From Octopus bimaculoides (Eukaryota), in the NCBI RefSeq assembly GCF_001194135.2, contig NC_068981.1, positions 87,408,025 to 87,472,024 on the forward strand: a stretch of DNA of 64,000 nt, given 5' to 3'. Below are positions 61,006 through 64,000 of the stretch, in pieces. Within the stretch, counting starts at the first letter, position 1, and each line of letters starts with the position of its first letter. Below the pieces are notes generated by a model. The model saw only the letters and a program-made list of their open reading frames with translations, was not told the origin of the DNA and ran no database searches. The position numbers and the translations under genes are program-made.

Positions 61006-61385
61006 TTGGCACTCCGTCACTTACGACGTCGAGGGTTCCAGTTGATCTGATCAACGGAACTGCCTGCTCATGAAATTAACGTGCAAGTGGCTGAGCACTC
61101 CACAGACACGTGTACCCTTAATGCAGCTCTCGGGGATATTCAGCATGACACAGTGTGACAAGACTGACCCTTTGAATTACAGGCACAACAGAAACAGGAG
61201 GTAAGAGTGAGAGAAAGTTGTAGTGTAAGAGTACAGCAGGGTTCGCCACCATCCCCTGCCGGAGCCTCGTGGAGCTTTAGGTGTTTTCGCTCAATAAACA
61301 CTCACAACGCCCGATCTGGGAATCGAAACCGCGATCCTATGACTGCAAGTCCGCTGCCCTCACCACTGGGCCATTGCGCCTCCAC
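61006..61385 (-). mobile_element. Full-length family-C SINE
   Basis: Reverse-complement match; TSD TGGTTTAAGTTG (overlaps tail). Confidence 0.9.
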
Positions 61386-62205
61386 TGGTTTAAGTTGATA
61401 CTATGACAAAACAACATCAAAATCTAACCTTGCCATTGACCCTTTTGATACCAATCTACTTGAGACTAACCACTTTTTCTTATATCCTATAGTCAAGAGA
61501 CAAGCAGTGTCCATGACCATTTAGAGCTTCCAAGACTGGGAAGATGGGAGAAAGGTATCTTCAAATCAGAGACCTGGCTCAAATGCTTGCAATAGATTGG
61601 ATTATATTAACCCTTTAGCATTCACATTATTCTGTCAAAAGTAATGCATATTTATTCACATTGTTTTGAATTAATTATGCATCATTTTGAAGCTTTCAGA
61701 TTTTTATGAGCTAACTGTTAAATTTAGAATATTATAGGGTTGGTGTGAGAGACCAGATCTAGCCAATTTGAGCATAAAACAAGCAGGATATTTTGGCTGG
61801 TTTAAATGCTAAAGAGCTAAAAGCACTCAACATACTAGATGTTGGTGTTAAACCAGGTGATAGCTCTATGATTCAAACTTCCTGTTTAAAATTGATCTAT
61901 AAATTACAACTTTCCATCAAAATTTTAAATATCAAGTTCTAAGTACCAGTTTAATAATGACAAATTTTACTAAATTCATTCTTATTTTCAAAGTTAAATG
62001 AAACAAAAGGGGTTGCATTTTAACTAAGATATGATAACAAAAGGGTTACATATACACTTCTAAATATAGTAAAAGAATGTATTATAAAGAAAACAGTTTA
62101 CAAAATGGCACATACTAATTACTAATTTCAATATATATTTTTAATTATCAAGCACCATTACATACTATATTTCTTTTACCTTTTAGTCAGGAGGGAAGGG
62201 CTGTG

Positions 62206-63055
62206 TGAGGTGGTATCAAATGGTTCCCGGACTAGTTATGTTTAATAAAAAATAACTTATTTACCTAAGTTTTAACATCCTCTCCTTCAAAATAGTAGTT
62301 ACCCTGCATAGCAATACACCAGTCCCAGTGTTCCTTCCACTTTTGGAATTCGACATGGGAGTCATTTTCCAAAAGCAAGTGGAGGACCTTCTGTGAATTG
62401 TTCTGCATCTCAACAACGGTGTTAAAATGGCAACCTTTGAGCTACATTTTTATCTTGAGGAGGAGATGGAAGTCCACAGGTGTTAAATCTGACAAATAGG
62501 GCAGGTACAGAAGTGATGCCATGTTGTTTTTGGCGAGAAACTCATGAGTAGAGCTTGGTAACAGGATGCATTGTCGTTGTGAAGAGTCCAATTCTTTGGG
62601 CCCTGCAGATGCAGTTACTTTTGCCGAATGACCTCCTTCAAAACATTGCAGTAGAACTTTTGATGCACAATACCACATTTCCAGGGGTGACACTCATGGC
62701 AGATCACTCATCGTCTTCCAGGGATGTTGTTCTGCTTTTGAAGCACCTGTGCCACCCAAAATATTGCATGTATGTTACTTATTGCCTCATCATGCTCAGT
62801 GTATATAGCAGACATCCCAAGTTTAATGCAAAATTTCACGTTGGCTTTGTTTCGGTCCATGACAAAATTGCAGACTACAGCATACATCTAATCACAAAAA
62901 CCAAATATTTCACAACTTGCAAAGTAAACACAGCAATGTCATTTGATACATTGCTTCATGAAGGTCACTGCTAGTTCTCACTGCACACACAACCATGTGC
63001 TGTCATCTATTAGCATACTATAGAACTAGTCCGGGAACTTTTTGATACCACCTCA
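62206..63055 (-). mobile_element. Internally deleted mariner element
   Basis: About 32-bp TIR TGAGGTGGTATCAAA..GTTCCCGGACTAGTT with TA flank; ANVKFCIKLG and EFLAKNNM..LPYLSDLTPVDFHL (YSPDLAP motif). Confidence 0.85.
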
Positions 63056-63780
63056 TACCTGTGCCACTTTACAGGGTTTCAGAGTCTGGTAGGAGAAAAA
63101 GAGGAAGGTTTCCTTTAACCAGAGACCTGACTCAAATGCTAAAGGCACCCAAGATACAAGATGTTTAACCATGCAAGAGATTAAATCTGCTAACCAAGTA
63201 CACCATGGCAGGATTTGAACTCAAAATGCAAAAAACTAGAGCAAATCCACAAAGTATCCTATTCAACACTCTAATGATTTCAGTTTAGTATTTTAACAAC
63301 CCAGCAGAAAGAAGAAAAGCTAAAATGCTGAAATATTAATGCTTGCCATACTTATCTCTGAATCAGCCATAAATACCAAACTGCTTTCTTAATATCATAA
63401 ATTTTTAAAGAACCTTTGTTATATTCATGCATTATAATGATTATTAGTCAAGAATAAGTAGATTTATGGACACGTTACACCCATTTGTACAACAGGCCAT
63501 ATCAAATGTTACATTTTGGAGATGTCTGCACTGTAATAGGGAATGAAAACTACTCAAGTATATTATGCTATTGGCAATGAAATTGAAGATCTACCAAAGT
63601 TAATGGAAGTAAAGATTCTTGGCACAGCATTGTGAGACATATCTCAGTTTGTCCACTTGAGAAAAAACAGGGTTATTTCAATTTCCAGGTGAGAGTTTTG
63701 TGCTTTCTTTTCACAACTTTTCTCACATTGGTTACTATCACTTACAGTGGACATTTTCACCAATGGATGGAGAGTAATTT

Positions 63781-64000
63781 ATCATCATCATCATCATCGT
63801 TTAACGTCCGCTTTCCATGCTAGCATGGGTTGGACGATTTGACTGAGGACTGGTGAAACCGGATGGCAACACCAGGCTCCAGTCTGATTTGGCAGAGTTT
63901 CTACAGCTGGATGCCCTTCCTAACGCCAACCACTCAGAGAGTGTAGTGGGTGCTTTTACGTGTCACCCGCACGAAAACGGCCACGCTCGAAATGGTGTCT
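63781..64000 (-). mobile_element. Young RTE-type 3' tail running off the right edge
   Basis: Near-identical to the 54393 copy. Confidence 0.8.

Noticed and set aside
63340-63372. Possible CDCA7 start exon (ATG GCT GAT TCA GAG ATA AGT ATG)
   Set aside because: GT donor is out of phase and the in-phase option needs a weak GC donor; the true start may be beyond the window

Overview
AT-rich, microsatellite- and transposon-dense eukaryotic DNA with scaffold gaps. The SINE/LINE repertoire suggests an octopod cephalopod, probably Octopus (inferred, not searched). Two spliced protein-coding genes can be assembled by hand, both on the minus strand. (1) The 5' part of an ABCB/P-glycoprotein transporter: 5 coding exons, ATG at 8431, continuing off the left edge. 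(2) CDCA7 (zf-4CXXC_R1): 8 coding exons from 60827 to the stop at 29709, with the first exon(s) not securely found. Between them is a likely divergent promoter region (about 25.5-26.1 kb). The rest is a patchwork of tRNA-derived SINEs, RTE, R4/Dong-like and Penelope-like retroelement remnants, and mariner/Tigger/hAT/piggyBac/Merlin-like/Helentron-type DNA transposon remnants. I see no prokaryote-type system or CRISPR array, and most long ORFs in the supplied track are microsatellite or N-gap artefacts. I cannot claim a new biological system. The best leads are structured RNAs inside the repeats: a near-canonical hammerhead ribozyme in a 154-bp TA-flanked element, two decayed hammerheads, an HDV-like pseudoknot at the 5' end of an RTE LINE, and two long fold-back palindromes. 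All coordinates were counted by eye; repeat boundaries are approximate.
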